Shown: positions 9,072 through 19,197, numbered from the stretch's first letter. The stretch is DNA of 64,000 nucleotides from Gemmatimonadales bacterium (GCA_037189525.1 JBBCJC010000001.1:704001-768000); one strand, 5' to 3'. Numbers and translations: made by a program. The notes: a model not told the origin generated them from the letters alone.

Positions 9072-10259
9072 ATGGTGATCGATCGACAGACCGTCGTCGG
9101 TGTGCTGGGCGCCGGTACGATGGGGAGCGGGATTGCGCAGGTAGCGGCTGCGGCGGGCCATCGCGTCATCCTAGCCGACGTCTTTGCCGGTGCGGCCGAC
9201 AAAGCGAGGATCGCGCATGCCAAGACCATCGGGCGCGAAGTCGAGAAGGGCCGTCTCTCCGCCGAGGCGGCAGAGGCGCTGCTCAGCCGGATCGAGTATC
9301 ACACTCTGGCGCCGGGCGATTTTCTCGCGTTCGGCCCTTGCGGACTGGTGATCGAAGCGATCGTCGAAGACCTCGAGGTCAAACGGGCCACCTTCCGCCA
9401 CCTGGAGAATGTGCTGACCCGGAATGCGGTGCTCGGCACCAATACTTCATCGCTGTCCGTCACGGCCATCGGGGCCGGGTGTGAGCATCCGGAACGGGTC
9501 ATCGGGATCCACTTCTTCAACCCGGCGCCGGTGCTACCCCTGGTCGAGATCGTCCCAGGCGTTGCCACCGATCCGGCAGTGACGGAGTCGGTTCGCACGC
9601 TGGTCGACAGCTGGGGTAAAATCACGGTGCTTGCTTCGGACACGCCGGGCTTCATCGTCAATCGTGTAGCCCGTCCGTTTTACGGTGAGGCGCTCCGCAT
9701 CTTCGAAGAAGGCATTGCCGACAAAGCCACGATCGACTGGGCCATGCGCGATGCCGGACACTTCAAAATGGGTCCCTTCGAATTGATGGACCTGATCGGC
9801 AACGACGTGAACTACGCCGTGTCGCGATCGGTGTTCGAAGCCTTCGGATACGACCCGCGTTACCGCCCGTTCCTGACCCAGAAGCAACTGGTCGACGGAC
9901 GGTTGCTGGGTAGAAAAACCGGCCGCGGGCACTTCGACTACCGCGCGGGCGCCGTCAATCCCGAACCGACGCGCGACACCGATCTCGCCATCGCCATCTT
10001 CCCGCGCATCCTGGCCGTGCTGATCAACGCCGCCGTCGACGCGCTCTTCTGGCGAGTGGCCAATCGGGACGACCTCGATCTGGCCATGACCAAGGGCGTC
10101 AACTATCCCAAGGGCCTGCTCCGCTGGGCCGACGACATCGGGCTCGACCGGGTCCTCGAGCGCCTCGATCAGCTGCACGCTGAGTATGGCGACGATCGCT
10201 ATCGCGCGAGCCCGCTGCTCCGCCGGATGGTGGCGGAGGGCCGGACTTTCTACGGATGA
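9072..10259 (+). CDS. paaH: 3-hydroxyacyl-CoA (3-hydroxyadipyl-CoA) dehydrogenase, short form
   Basis: GAGTMGSGIA, EAIVE, TNTSS, HFFNPAP, PGFIVNRVARPFYGEAL, MTKGVNYPKG. Confidence 0.85.
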   Translation: MVIDRQTVVGVLGAGTMGSGIAQVAAAAGHRVILADVFAGAADKARIAHAKTIGREVEKGRLSAEAAEALLSRIEYHTLAPGDFLAFGPCGLVIEAIVEDLEVKRATFRHLENVLTRNAVLGTNTSSLSVTAIGAGCEHPERVIGIHFFNPAPVLPLVEIVPGVATDPAVTESVRTLVDSWGKITVLASDTPGFIVNRVARPFYGEALRIFEEGIADKATIDWAMRDAGHFKMGPFELMDLIGNDVNYAVSRSVFEAFGYDPRYRPFLTQKQLVDGRLLGRKTGRGHFDYRAGAVNPEPTRDTDLAIAIFPRILAVLINAAVDALFWRVANRDDLDLAMTKGVNYPKGLLRWADDIGLDRVLERLDQLHAEYGDDRYRASPLLRRMVAEGRTFYG

Positions 10260-10723
10260 GCGCCCAAGCCAGCCCGCAGCAGCAGGCGGAAGCGATCTTT
10301 GCCGCGATGACCGAGCGCGACAGTTTCAGCCGGTGGCTGGGCATCGAACTGCTCGAGCTCGCGCCGGAGCGAGCCGTGCTACGGATGGTCGTACGCGACG
10401 AGATGGTGAACGGATTCGGCGTCTGCCACGGCGGCGTCACCTTTGCTTTTGCCGACAGCGCCTTTGCCTTTGCCTGCAACACCCAGGGCAATGTGGCGGT
10501 CAGCATCGACGCCTCGATGAGCTATCCCGCCGCAGTGCACCCGGGTGATGTCCTGACGGCCAGCGCACGCGAAGTATCGCGCAGCAAGCGGATACTCTAC
10601 CATCAGGTCGACGTCACCAAAGCCGACGGCACGGTCGTCGGATTGTTTCGCGGTACCGCGTACCGCACCGAGAAACCTCACCTCCTCTCGCCGAACCCCG
10701 AAGCACCGGGGACGGCCCGCTAG
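10256..10723 (+). CDS. paaI: PaaI hotdog-fold thioesterase
   Basis: MVNGFGVCHGG, ADSAFAFACN. Confidence 0.9.
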   Translation: MSAQASPQQQAEAIFAAMTERDSFSRWLGIELLELAPERAVLRMVVRDEMVNGFGVCHGGVTFAFADSAFAFACNTQGNVAVSIDASMSYPAAVHPGDVLTASAREVSRSKRILYHQVDVTKADGTVVGLFRGTAYRTEKPHLLSPNPEAPGTAR

Positions 10724-10729
10724 GATATC

Positions 10730-12796
10730 ATGACCAAGCAGATCGATTGGAAGCGCGTTTACTATCTGACGCTGGTGTCCCGACAGCTCGACGAAACCGA
10801 GGAAACCAAGCTCGTCCCCGAGAAGAAGGTCGCCTATCAGTTCACGGCGCGTGGCCATGACGTGGCGCAGACCATTCTCGCCCAGTATCTCGATCACCCG
10901 CAGGATGCCGCCAGCGCGTACTACCGCTCTCGGCCGCTGCTGTTGGCTCTGGGTCTTTCGATCGACGACGCGTTCGCCGGTCCGATGGGCAAGTCGGGAG
11001 GGTTCAGCAACGGCCGCGATATCGGCGTGGTCTGCAATCTCCCGAGCGTGCCTGGTCCGGTCGTCCTGCCGATGGCGGGTGACGTCGGCTCGCAGTACAC
11101 CCCGCTGATCGGGTGGGCCCAGGCCATCACCTATCATCGGGATGTGCTGGGTGACGCATCGTATGCCGGCGCCATCGGCTGCGTCCTAGGCGGCGACTCC
11201 AGTGTTGCCACCAGCGGCTTCTGGTCGGCGCTGACCATTGCGACGACGCTCAATTTGCCGGTCCTGTTCTACATCGAGGACAACGGCTACGGCATCTCGG
11301 TTCCATCCCGGTTTCAGACGCCGGGCGCCAACATCGCGGAGAATCTGGCCTCATTCAAGAACCTCCGGATTACGCAGGGCGACGGCACCGACGCTGCGCA
11401 GACGGCACAGTTGTTCGACGAGGCCACCCGGTACGTGCGCGAAGGCAACGGCCCCGCGATGGTGCGGCTCACCGTACCGCGCCTGTCAGGGCATTCGGGT
11501 CAGGACACCCAAGCCTACAAGCCCGGCGACCTGCTCGACCACGAACGCGCGAATGATCCGCTGCCCAAACTGCGCGCCTTCCTGGCCGCCGGGGTCCTAA
11601 CCGAAGCGGAGCTGGCAGACATCGAAGCGCAGGCCACTCGCGACGTCGAGTCCGGCCTGGCGGCTGCCCTGGCCCGCCCCGAACCGACCGGTGAGAATAT
11701 CACTCGGCACCGGTTTGCCGAGCTGAACGACGACGGGACCCCCGATCTGCAGGCGCGGGGCGGTCTGGCGCCCTCGGGCCATCGGTTCCCGGAGACGACG
11801 GAAACGCCGGCACCGGAAGGCCCGCGAATCAACATGCTCACGGCCATCCGCCGCGCGCTCGAGCATGAACTCGCCACCAACCCCAAGCTGCTGCTGTTCG
11901 GCGAAGATGTCGGGCCCAAGGGTGGCGTTCATGCGGCTACGCTCGGTCTGCAGGATGCGTTTGGCGACCAGCGCGTCTTCGATACGAGCTTGTCGGAGGA
12001 AGGAATCATCGGCCGCGCGGTCGGGATGGCGCTGGCCGGGTTGATGCCAGTGCCGGAGATCCAGTTCCGGAAGTACGCCGACCCCGCTACCGAGCAGCTC
12101 AACAACTGCGGCACGATTCGCTGGCGCACCAACAACCGCTGGGCCGCGCCGATCGTGGTCCGGATGCCCGGCGGCTACGCACCAAAGTGCGGCGACCCGT
12201 GGCACAGCGTCTGTGGTGAGGTGGTCTTTGCTCATGCGACGGGTTGGCAGGTTGCAGTGCCGTCGAACGCCGAAGATGCCGTAGGCCTGATTCGAACGGC
12301 GATGCGCAGCAACGACCCGACCATCTTCTTCGAGCACCGCGCCCTGCTCGACGGCACCTGGGCTCGGCGCCCGTACCCCGGCAACGACTTCGCGATTCCG
12401 TTCGGTAAGGCGCGCACGGTCGTCGATGGAGACAAACTGACCTGCGTGACCTGGGGCGCCATGGTGGAGCGTTGCGAAGCTGCCGCCAAGCAGTCGGGCT
12501 ACGCCGTCCATGTGCTCGACCTTCGCACCATTGCGCCGTGGGATCGCGAAGCGGTGCTGGCCTCGGTCAAGCGGACCCGCCGCTGCCTGATCGTCCACGA
12601 GGACACCATGACCGCCGGGTTCGGCGCCGAAGTGAGCGCGGTGGTGGCGGAACAGGCGTTCCTGTCGCTCGACGCACCGATCCACCGGATGGCCATTCCG
12701 GACATCCCGACGCCGTACAACGTGGCGCTGATGAACGCGACATTGCCGCAGGTGGACGAGATCACCGACCGGATGGTGGAGCTGATCGAGTTCTGA
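10730..12796 (+). CDS. Fused E1 alpha/beta ThDP-dependent 2-oxoacid dehydrogenase
   Basis: YYRSR, GD...IEDN ThDP motif, RLSGHS, GEDVG..GGV, LSEEGIIG, EIQF, FFEH, DLRT, IVHED. Confidence 0.85.
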   Translation: MTKQIDWKRVYYLTLVSRQLDETEETKLVPEKKVAYQFTARGHDVAQTILAQYLDHPQDAASAYYRSRPLLLALGLSIDDAFAGPMGKSGGFSNGRDIGVVCNLPSVPGPVVLPMAGDVGSQYTPLIGWAQAITYHRDVLGDASYAGAIGCVLGGDSSVATSGFWSALTIATTLNLPVLFYIEDNGYGISVPSRFQTPGANIAENLASFKNLRITQGDGTDAAQTAQLFDEATRYVREGNGPAMVRLTVPRLSGHSGQDTQAYKPGDLLDHERANDPLPKLRAFLAAGVLTEAELADIEAQATRDVESGLAAALARPEPTGENITRHRFAELNDDGTPDLQARGGLAPSGHRFPETTETPAPEGPRINMLTAIRRALEHELATNPKLLLFGEDVGPKGGVHAATLGLQDAFGDQRVFDTSLSEEGIIGRAVGMALAGLMPVPEIQFRKYADPATEQLNNCGTIRWRTNNRWAAPIVVRMPGGYAPKCGDPWHSVCGEVVFAHATGWQVAVPSNAEDAVGLIRTAMRSNDPTIFFEHRALLDGTWARRPYPGNDFAIPFGKARTVVDGDKLTCVTWGAMVERCEAAAKQSGYAVHVLDLRTIAPWDREAVLASVKRTRRCLIVHEDTMTAGFGAEVSAVVAEQAFLSLDAPIHRMAIPDIPTPYNVALMNATLPQVDEITDRMVELIEF

Positions 12797-12819
12797 TCTC
12801 GAAATTGGGGAGGAGCACC

Positions 12820-13782
12820 ATGACGACGTCGCGCCGCGAGTTCCTGCGTCACACCGGCTCCTGCGCTGCGCATCTGGCGTTCGCAGCCACGCTTCTCCCG
12901 CCCGCGGCCCGCGCCACCTGGGCCCGTCGTCCGGCGGGTCCGGTCGTTGCCCAGGAACCCTTTGGCCGGCTGGAGGCGGTGGCGCCGGGCGTCTGGGCGC
13001 TCATCTCCACCCCGCTCTCCGGCGATCGCACCACCCTCTCCAACGGTGGCCTCATCGCCGGGCGGAACGGAGTCCTGGCCGTCGAGGGCTTCATGATGCC
13101 GGCGGGCGCCAAGTGGCTTGCGGACCAGGCGGTTGCGCTCACCGGCATGCGACCGACGCACGTGGTGCTGAGCCACTATCACGCCGATCACGTCAACGGC
13201 GTCGCAGGCTACGGCGACGGCGCCACCGCACCCGTCACCATCCACGCCACTCGCGCCACCGCGGACCAGGCACGGGAACGAAATGCCCCGGCCGATGAGG
13301 CCCGGACGCGCGCCCTGTCCGGCGCCGAAACCGTCGATCCCGCCGCCGCCTCGACACTCGACCTGGGCGGGCGCACTGTCATTATCACGCCGTATACGGG
13401 CCACACGGCGAGCGACGTCACCGTCACGGTGGACGACGTGGTCTTCTGCGGTGACCTGGTCTGGAACGCGATGTTCCCGAATTATGTGGATGCGAGACCC
13501 TCGGTACTGGCCCAAGCGGTCCGGTCGATTCGCGCCGGCCAGGCGACCCGATACGTACCTGGTCACGGTGGCATGAGTACGGTGTCTGACGTCGATCGCT
13601 ACCTGAGCATGCTCGACGAGGTGGAGCGGGCCGCCCGCGCCGCGCATACTCGAGGCCTGCCAGTCGCAGATGCTGCCAAAGATTATCGGGTGCCGGAGTC
13701 ACTCGGCGAGTGGCTGCTCTTCAGCCCGCGTTTCATCGAGGTCGCGTTCCAGGCCTGGTATCGCGAACTAGGGAGCACCTGA
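12820..13782 (+). CDS. Tat-exported MBL-fold metallohydrolase
   Basis: Start reassigned to ATG 12820 (GGAGGAG upstream); MTTSRREFL Tat motif; HYHADH, GHT, GD, PGHG. Confidence 0.85.
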   Translation: MTTSRREFLRHTGSCAAHLAFAATLLPPAARATWARRPAGPVVAQEPFGRLEAVAPGVWALISTPLSGDRTTLSNGGLIAGRNGVLAVEGFMMPAGAKWLADQAVALTGMRPTHVVLSHYHADHVNGVAGYGDGATAPVTIHATRATADQARERNAPADEARTRALSGAETVDPAAASTLDLGGRTVIITPYTGHTASDVTVTVDDVVFCGDLVWNAMFPNYVDARPSVLAQAVRSIRAGQATRYVPGHGGMSTVSDVDRYLSMLDEVERAARAAHTRGLPVADAAKDYRVPESLGEWLLFSPRFIEVAFQAWYRELGST

Positions 13783-13962
13783 CACCCCAAGCAGCTTGCC
13801 TGCCGCCCGCCTTTTCATCGTCGGGGCCTCTGCCAACCGGTGACGGCGCGGGGGTACGCCGCCTCCTGCCGCTGCGATTTACCTCATGGAACGATCGCGA
13901 CGGGCTATCGGAGAGCCGGCCAGCGCTTTATTCTGCGCGACTATAGACGGCAGGAGAACCTC

Positions 13963-14607
13963 GTGTCGCCGCGCATCCGCGCAGGTATTGTGATGTGGGT
14001 CACATCGATTGTTTGCTTCGCACCTTCCAACGCCACGGCGCAAGCGATCGGGCTCCGCGCCATCGCAGCCGACGTCGACCACCAGATGATGCGAAGCATG
14101 CTCGGCGGCGGATTGACACTTGCCGTGCCGCTCGGCACGAGCCCGCTACGCTTCCGCCTGGGGGTAGATCATCTCCGAGGATCAGCAGATCGAACCGGCC
14201 AGTTGTGTCCGTTCCCCCTGTCTTGCGAATCCGCACCCCTGCACGACGAATCGTCCTCGACGGCGGCATCCGCCGAGTTGATCTGGTCACTCCTCAGGCT
14301 GTCCTCATTCACGCTCGGTACGCTGGGGTCACTCTCGCTGATGCATGCGCGAGTGCGCTCGAACAATCTCACATCGGGATATGATGTGCAGGACACCCGG
14401 ACGCTGGCGCGACTCGAAGCCGGCATCGAGGCATCCTGGCGTCCGTGGTCCACCCGTTCGATCGTGATCGAACTCGGCGCCACGGTCGGTGTGCAGGGAC
14501 CGCCATCCGGCGGAAAGGCCACCGTAGGCGGCGGGTACCCTTTGGACAACGACGCCAGGGTCAGCCGCCTCCAGCTTGGTCTGTCGTGGAGCCGACCTCG
14601 TTCCTAG
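13963..14607 (+). CDS. Hypothetical exported protein, probable small outer-membrane beta-barrel
   Basis: GTG start after AGGAG; signal-like N-terminus; alternating amphipathic strands; ends RLQLGLSW. Confidence 0.5.
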   Translation: MSPRIRAGIVMWVTSIVCFAPSNATAQAIGLRAIAADVDHQMMRSMLGGGLTLAVPLGTSPLRFRLGVDHLRGSADRTGQLCPFPLSCESAPLHDESSSTAASAELIWSLLRLSSFTLGTLGSLSLMHARVRSNNLTSGYDVQDTRTLARLEAGIEASWRPWSTRSIVIELGATVGVQGPPSGGKATVGGGYPLDNDARVSRLQLGLSWSRPRS

Positions 14608-17600
14608 CGAATCACGGCGGGGCCATCGACGCGACCGGCGCCGTTGCCCGTGAGCGTCGGCGGCACGGCAGAGTTCGCCCGTGAAACCGGTCGCCGCGCT
14701 GCCGTTGCCGCCGGGCGAACTGCCCGCTGGATCCGTGCCGAGCTGGCGGTGGCGCCGAACTCGAAGGCACCCACGTCGCAGACGCCCTGGCGCAGAAATC
14801 CACGCTGATCCGGGCCGGGACAGAAACCGGCGTTGCCTGCGTCGATCGCCGGACTTCCCTGCTGCAAAGCGTGCGTCCGCGTCGCCCCACCGTTGTCGGC
14901 CAGCTCGGCGTCGACGCCCGGGGCGGCAACGTCATTCTGGTTACCGGCGCCGCCCAGGAACGGCGTGCAGGTCGCATCGGCGCTGAGGTTGCCGCCGTTC
15001 GAAATGATCGTCGATGCTCCACCGCCCGTCGCGCAGTTGGCGGCAGCTCCGCCCTGGAGATTACCGACCAGCAACACGTTCGTGAGGGTCGGGGATCCGG
15101 CGGCGGCCCCGACCACGGCAGCCGTTACGCCGCCGCCCAGATCGGTCGCCGTATTGCCGACGATGGACACGTTCTGCAGCGTGGCGGGGCCAGTCAGCCC
15201 GATCCCGCCGCCGACGGCCGCAGTATTCCCGGAGAGCGTCGAGTTGACGATCAGGCTCATCGCCGACGAGGACGAGAAGATTCCGCCGCCAATGGCACCA
15301 GAGGTGTTGCCCGAAACGGTCGAAGCACTGACCGTCACGTTCGTCCCGGACGTTATCCCACCGCCGCTGTTGGTCGCCGTGTTGTTGGCAACCGTGCTCC
15401 GGTCGATCGAGACCGATCCCGTCCCCGTGAGTTGCAACCCGCCGCCCTGATTGGCTGATGTGTTGTTGAGGATCGAGAGATCGGAAAGGTTGACCACCGA
15501 CGACGCGGCTTTGACGAGGCCCCCACCCACTCCGGATGCGCTCTGCGCCTCGTTACGCGCAATCGTGCCTCGGGCGATATCGAGCCGCGCAGACCCGCCG
15601 ACCCAGATCCCACCCGCCGAAATCGACGCCGTGTTATCCGTGACGGCAAGATTGGTTGCCGTGACCTCTCCGGTATCGAAGAGACCGAGGCCGCCGCCAA
15701 GACCGTTGGTACCACCGGTACCGGTCACGCGGTTGCCGCGGATCGTCACGTCAACCAGGGTCACGACATTGGCGCCGAGGAATTGAACGCCGCCACCCTG
15801 AATGAAGGCAGAGTTGTCGGCAATCTCGGTTCCCGTCATCGAAACCGTCATTGCCCGACTGAAAATGCCGCCGCCCGCACCCACAAGCGCTTCATTGCCC
15901 TCGAACGTTCCGCCCGTCACCGTCAGCGTCCCGCCGTCGAGCACCACCATTCCACCGCCGGCACCGGCCGTGACCGCGCGATTGGCTTTGACCGCAACGT
16001 TCTCGAGTGTCATCGTGTTGGTAAACGCGTAGATCCCCCCGCCCCATCCCGCCGACGTCTCGTTCTCGGAAACGGAGACATCCTCGAGATGCAGTTGCGT
16101 GCCGCCACTCGCGTAGATCCCACCGCCGTTCAGGTTTGCACCCACCGTCTGGTTCTTGGTGATCTGCGTACCTTCCGCGCGAACGACGGAGGTATTCTGC
16201 AGGAAAATTCCTCCGCCGCCGAAATCGCCCTGACTGCGATTTTCGGTGATGGCCCCGCCCGAGAAGGCCACTTCAGCGGACCCCCAGGTAAAGAGACCGC
16301 CGCCCCGCCCGGTTGCGATGTTCTCCCGCACCGTGACGTTGGTCAGTGTCAGGGACGGCGTGCCCGAGAGCGTAGCGGCCGCATCGTTCGACACGGTCAG
16401 TCCCGCTCCGCGAAATGCCCGGTTGCCCGCGATCGTCGTATTGGTCAGAGAAGTGGTCATGGCCCGGCCGTTGATTCGCAGGCCACCGCCCTCGGAACTG
16501 GTTTCATTGTTGGCGAAACTGCCGCCCGTGACCACTAGAGCACCCATCCCCTCGGCAAAGAGACCACCTCCGCTGTTGCCGGTCGTCTGATTGCCATCCA
16601 CGGCGACATCTGTCAGGGTCAGAGTGCCGTTCAGCACCCGGATGCCACCACCCCATCCGGCGGCGACCCGGTTGTCCGCCACGCTACCACCCCGCATGGT
16701 GACGGTGGACCCGCTTGTTACGGAAAGTCCGCCGCCCGGGGTGTTCGCGCCCGAGGCCCGGTTGTTCCGAATCTCCACGCCGTCGAGCGACGCCCGGCTG
16801 TTGTCCTGGACGAGAATCCCGCCTCCACCGCCCGCGGTCACTTCATTGTCGTCGACCACGGCATCGGTGAGTACCAGCTCCGAAGCGCCGTCCACCAGAA
16901 TCCCGCCCCCGCCGCTCGAGACCCCGCCGGTAATCCGCAAGCCGGAAATGCTGACGATGGCGCCGTCCGTGATCCGGAACACACGCCGCGGCGATCCGGC
17001 CGATGCATCGGCATCGATCCGCAACTCGTTGGCTCCGGGGCCCTGAATCGCTATGTGCCGCGCGAGTGACGGCAGCGCAGACGTGAGGGTGATGACGCCG
17101 CCAGGCACGCTGGACAAGCGAATCCTACCGCCGACCTCCGCCGCAGCACTCGATCGCACCCGGGCCCCGATCGGCGGCGCGGGCAGCGCCTGATTGATGG
17201 CCAGGATCGCCTCCCGCAACGAGCAATGGGCAGGCGTGCAGGCGCCGTCGTCGACGTCATCTCCGGCCGACACGACCCAATCGGGGCGTACCGTCACGGT
17301 CGCCGTTGCGGTCTTGGTGTTGTCGAGCGTGCTGGTGACAGTCACCGTGCAGGTTCCAGCCTCGGCCGGCGCTGTGTAGCCGACGGCGCCGCCCGTCCCG
17401 GTGACGGTACCGCAGCTGGCGTTCCAGGTGACACCGGTCTGCCCCGTGCCCGTCACGGTCGCCGTCAAATTCTGGCTTCCAAGGCGATCCAGCTCGATCT
17501 CCGCCGGTGTCACGGTCACGACCACGGGCGTTACTGTCACCGACGCCGTTCCCGTCTTCGTGGCATCCTGCGCGCTGGTAGCCGTCACGGTGACGGTACC

Positions 17601-17879
17601 GCCCGCGACGGGTGCAGTGAGCGTGGCCGTGGCGCCGTTGGCCTGGATGGTGCCCGCCGACGTCGTCCAGGTCACGGAGGTATTGGTGGCGTTGGTCACG
17701 GTCGCCGTGAACTGCTCAGTTCCGCCGGCGCCCACGGTCGCGGTGTTGGGCGAGATCGTGACCGTCACTGCCGGAGGCGGCGGGGGCGGAGGAGGGTTGA
17801 CCGGTCCGTCGCCGCCGCAGGCCGCGAGAATCAGCAGTGACGACAACGCCGTCTGGCAACGCAAACTGTGTAGAGACAT
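14604..17879 (-). CDS. Large surface lipoprotein: Ig-like repeats, CSLREA motif, right-handed beta-helix, choice-of-anchor Q-like C-terminus
   Basis: ATG 17879 after GAGG; LAAC lipobox; poly-Pro linker; two VTVTxxP Ig-like units; CTPAHCSLREAI; many N..GGG[IL] repeats; LADNGGATRTHAL..GSPAIDAG...DQRG...CDVGAFE. Confidence 0.85.
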   Translation of the reverse strand: MSLHSLRCQTALSSLLILAACGGDGPVNPPPPPPPPAVTVTISPNTATVGAGGTEQFTATVTNATNTSVTWTTSAGTIQANGATATLTAPVAGGTVTVTATSAQDATKTGTASVTVTPVVVTVTPAEIELDRLGSQNLTATVTGTGQTGVTWNASCGTVTGTGGAVGYTAPAEAGTCTVTVTSTLDNTKTATATVTVRPDWVVSAGDDVDDGACTPAHCSLREAILAINQALPAPPIGARVRSSAAAEVGGRIRLSSVPGGVITLTSALPSLARHIAIQGPGANELRIDADASAGSPRRVFRITDGAIVSISGLRITGGVSSGGGGILVDGASELVLTDAVVDDNEVTAGGGGGILVQDNSRASLDGVEIRNNRASGANTPGGGLSVTSGSTVTMRGGSVADNRVAAGWGGGIRVLNGTLTLTDVAVDGNQTTGNSGGGLFAEGMGALVVTGGSFANNETSSEGGGLRINGRAMTTSLTNTTIAGNRAFRGAGLTVSNDAAATLSGTPSLTLTNVTVRENIATGRGGGLFTWGSAEVAFSGGAITENRSQGDFGGGGIFLQNTSVVRAEGTQITKNQTVGANLNGGGIYASGGTQLHLEDVSVSENETSAGWGGGIYAFTNTMTLENVAVKANRAVTAGAGGGMVVLDGGTLTVTGGTFEGNEALVGAGGGIFSRAMTVSMTGTEIADNSAFIQGGGVQFLGANVVTLVDVTIRGNRVTGTGGTNGLGGGLGLFDTGEVTATNLAVTDNTASISAGGIWVGGSARLDIARGTIARNEAQSASGVGGGLVKAASSVVNLSDLSILNNTSANQGGGLQLTGTGSVSIDRSTVANNTATNSGGGITSGTNVTVSASTVSGNTSGAIGGGIFSSSSAMSLIVNSTLSGNTAAVGGGIGLTGPATLQNVSIVGNTATDLGGGVTAAVVGAAAGSPTLTNVLLVGNLQGGAAANCATGGGASTIISNGGNLSADATCTPFLGGAGNQNDVAAPGVDAELADNGGATRTHALQQGSPAIDAGNAGFCPGPDQRGFLRQGVCDVGAFEFGATASSARIQRAVRPAATAARRPVSRANSAVPPTLTGNGAGRVDGPAVIR

Positions 17880-18255
17880 ACGAACCTCGTAGCGTGGGAC
17901 GGGAGTCCGGACCCAAGTGTCGTTCTGGGAATGGAACGGCGAGCGGCGGCCTCGAGCTATTTGGCCGAGCAACGAGTCTTTCTATTCGCGCAAAGTCCGC
18001 CGCAATCGGCTCATCGGCCGGGGTCGGACGTCGAATAGCGGAGCGCGGGCACTCCCGATCGGACGAATCGAATGTCACCGAGCGGATGGCCCGCACGGTC
18101 CGAATCGAACGGGCACAACCAGACACCGGCGCAGGGCCGTCCGATGCTCGATTCTAAGTCATCTTAACCCAAAGCCAGGGAGGTGCAAGCATTGTCGAAG
18201 CTGGGATTTGAGCCTGAACCGACCACATTTCGATCTGGCCGCTATCTTCCCAGAC

Positions 18256-19179
18256 ATGGATCGCACTCTCTCCAATACCGCTGCTGCCCTCCGTGAAGGG
18301 ATCGTTCGCGGGTTCCTTTCCGAGGCCGACGCCATCGAGTGGGCTGCACGAGAACTCGGCGATGATCCGGAGGACGGCTCGATCCTGCTCTCCGAGCTCT
18401 CGCTCGCGGAGAATCAGCCGACCTCCCGCATTCTCAACATGCTTGGGCAGTTGAGCTGGGGAGCCGATCTTCCGGCCGCCGGGCGGATTGCGGTGTCGTA
18501 CCTCCACGACCGGTTGAGCGACAGCCACCTGCGGCCTGAAGTCGCGGTCGATGCGATCCACCATCTGGCCCGGGACGGGTTCGCGCCCGATCCCTGGTTC
18601 GAACGCGGGGCGGAGCGGATCCACAACGGCGAGACGGCCGGCACCGCCGCCGACCTGACCGAGGCGTTGCTCGCCTTCCTGTCACCCTATCGGCACGACG
18701 CACCGGATGTCGAGACCGAGCCGCCGGCGCCGATCCACGATCAGTTCGTCGTGGCGATCGACCCCGCGGCGCCGGAACTCTCCGAGGCCGACGTCGCCCT
18801 GTCGTGGCAATCCTGGTCGGGACATGGCCGGATCCGCACCGCCCCTGCCCAGCTGGCAGCATTTGCCGACGCCCTGCGTGACTTTGCCGGCCACCGGGTC
18901 GACCGCGTCGTGTTCGCGCCGGACCCCGGCGCCGACGGCGAACGCCTCACGGCGACGATCGTGGAATACGGCCGAGCCCGTCGCGCCGCCGTTCTCGTCG
19001 AGATCCGGTCCGTCGAACGCCCGGGCGATCTGGGAGCCGACGACACCCTGCTTCGCATCGCGGTGCCGACCGAGCACGCCTTGCTCGGCGATTTCGCCGC
19101 CGACCTGGGAGAACTGGTGTCGACCGGCGAAGGCATTGCCCGCCTTCGGCTCTCGGCCCGCTGGCCTCACGATACCTGA
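18256..19179 (+). CDS. Hypothetical two-domain protein
   Basis: ATG 18256 with TATCTT 7 nt upstream; coding-like sequence up to a strong terminator; the ORF-track extension from 17917 looks non-coding. Confidence 0.65.
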   Translation: MDRTLSNTAAALREGIVRGFLSEADAIEWAARELGDDPEDGSILLSELSLAENQPTSRILNMLGQLSWGADLPAAGRIAVSYLHDRLSDSHLRPEVAVDAIHHLARDGFAPDPWFERGAERIHNGETAGTAADLTEALLAFLSPYRHDAPDVETEPPAPIHDQFVVAIDPAAPELSEADVALSWQSWSGHGRIRTAPAQLAAFADALRDFAGHRVDRVVFAPDPGADGERLTATIVEYGRARRAAVLVEIRSVERPGDLGADDTLLRIAVPTEHALLGDFAADLGELVSTGEGIARLRLSARWPHDT

Positions 19180-19197
19180 GCCTGCACCATACGAACG

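Noticed and set aside
12472..12819. N-terminal extension of the MBL ORF overlapping the E1 gene
   Set aside because: A strong RBS and Tat motif place the start at 12820.
12820..13782. MBL-fold protein as an antibiotic-resistance metallo-beta-lactamase
   Set aside because: It has Asp (GD) rather than the B1/B2 Cys ligand, and the fold alone does not imply resistance.
14900..17000. Repeated CCGCCGCC-type DNA words resembling an array
   Set aside because: They encode the GGG repeats of the beta-helix protein; there is no constant repeat-spacer structure, so this is not CRISPR.
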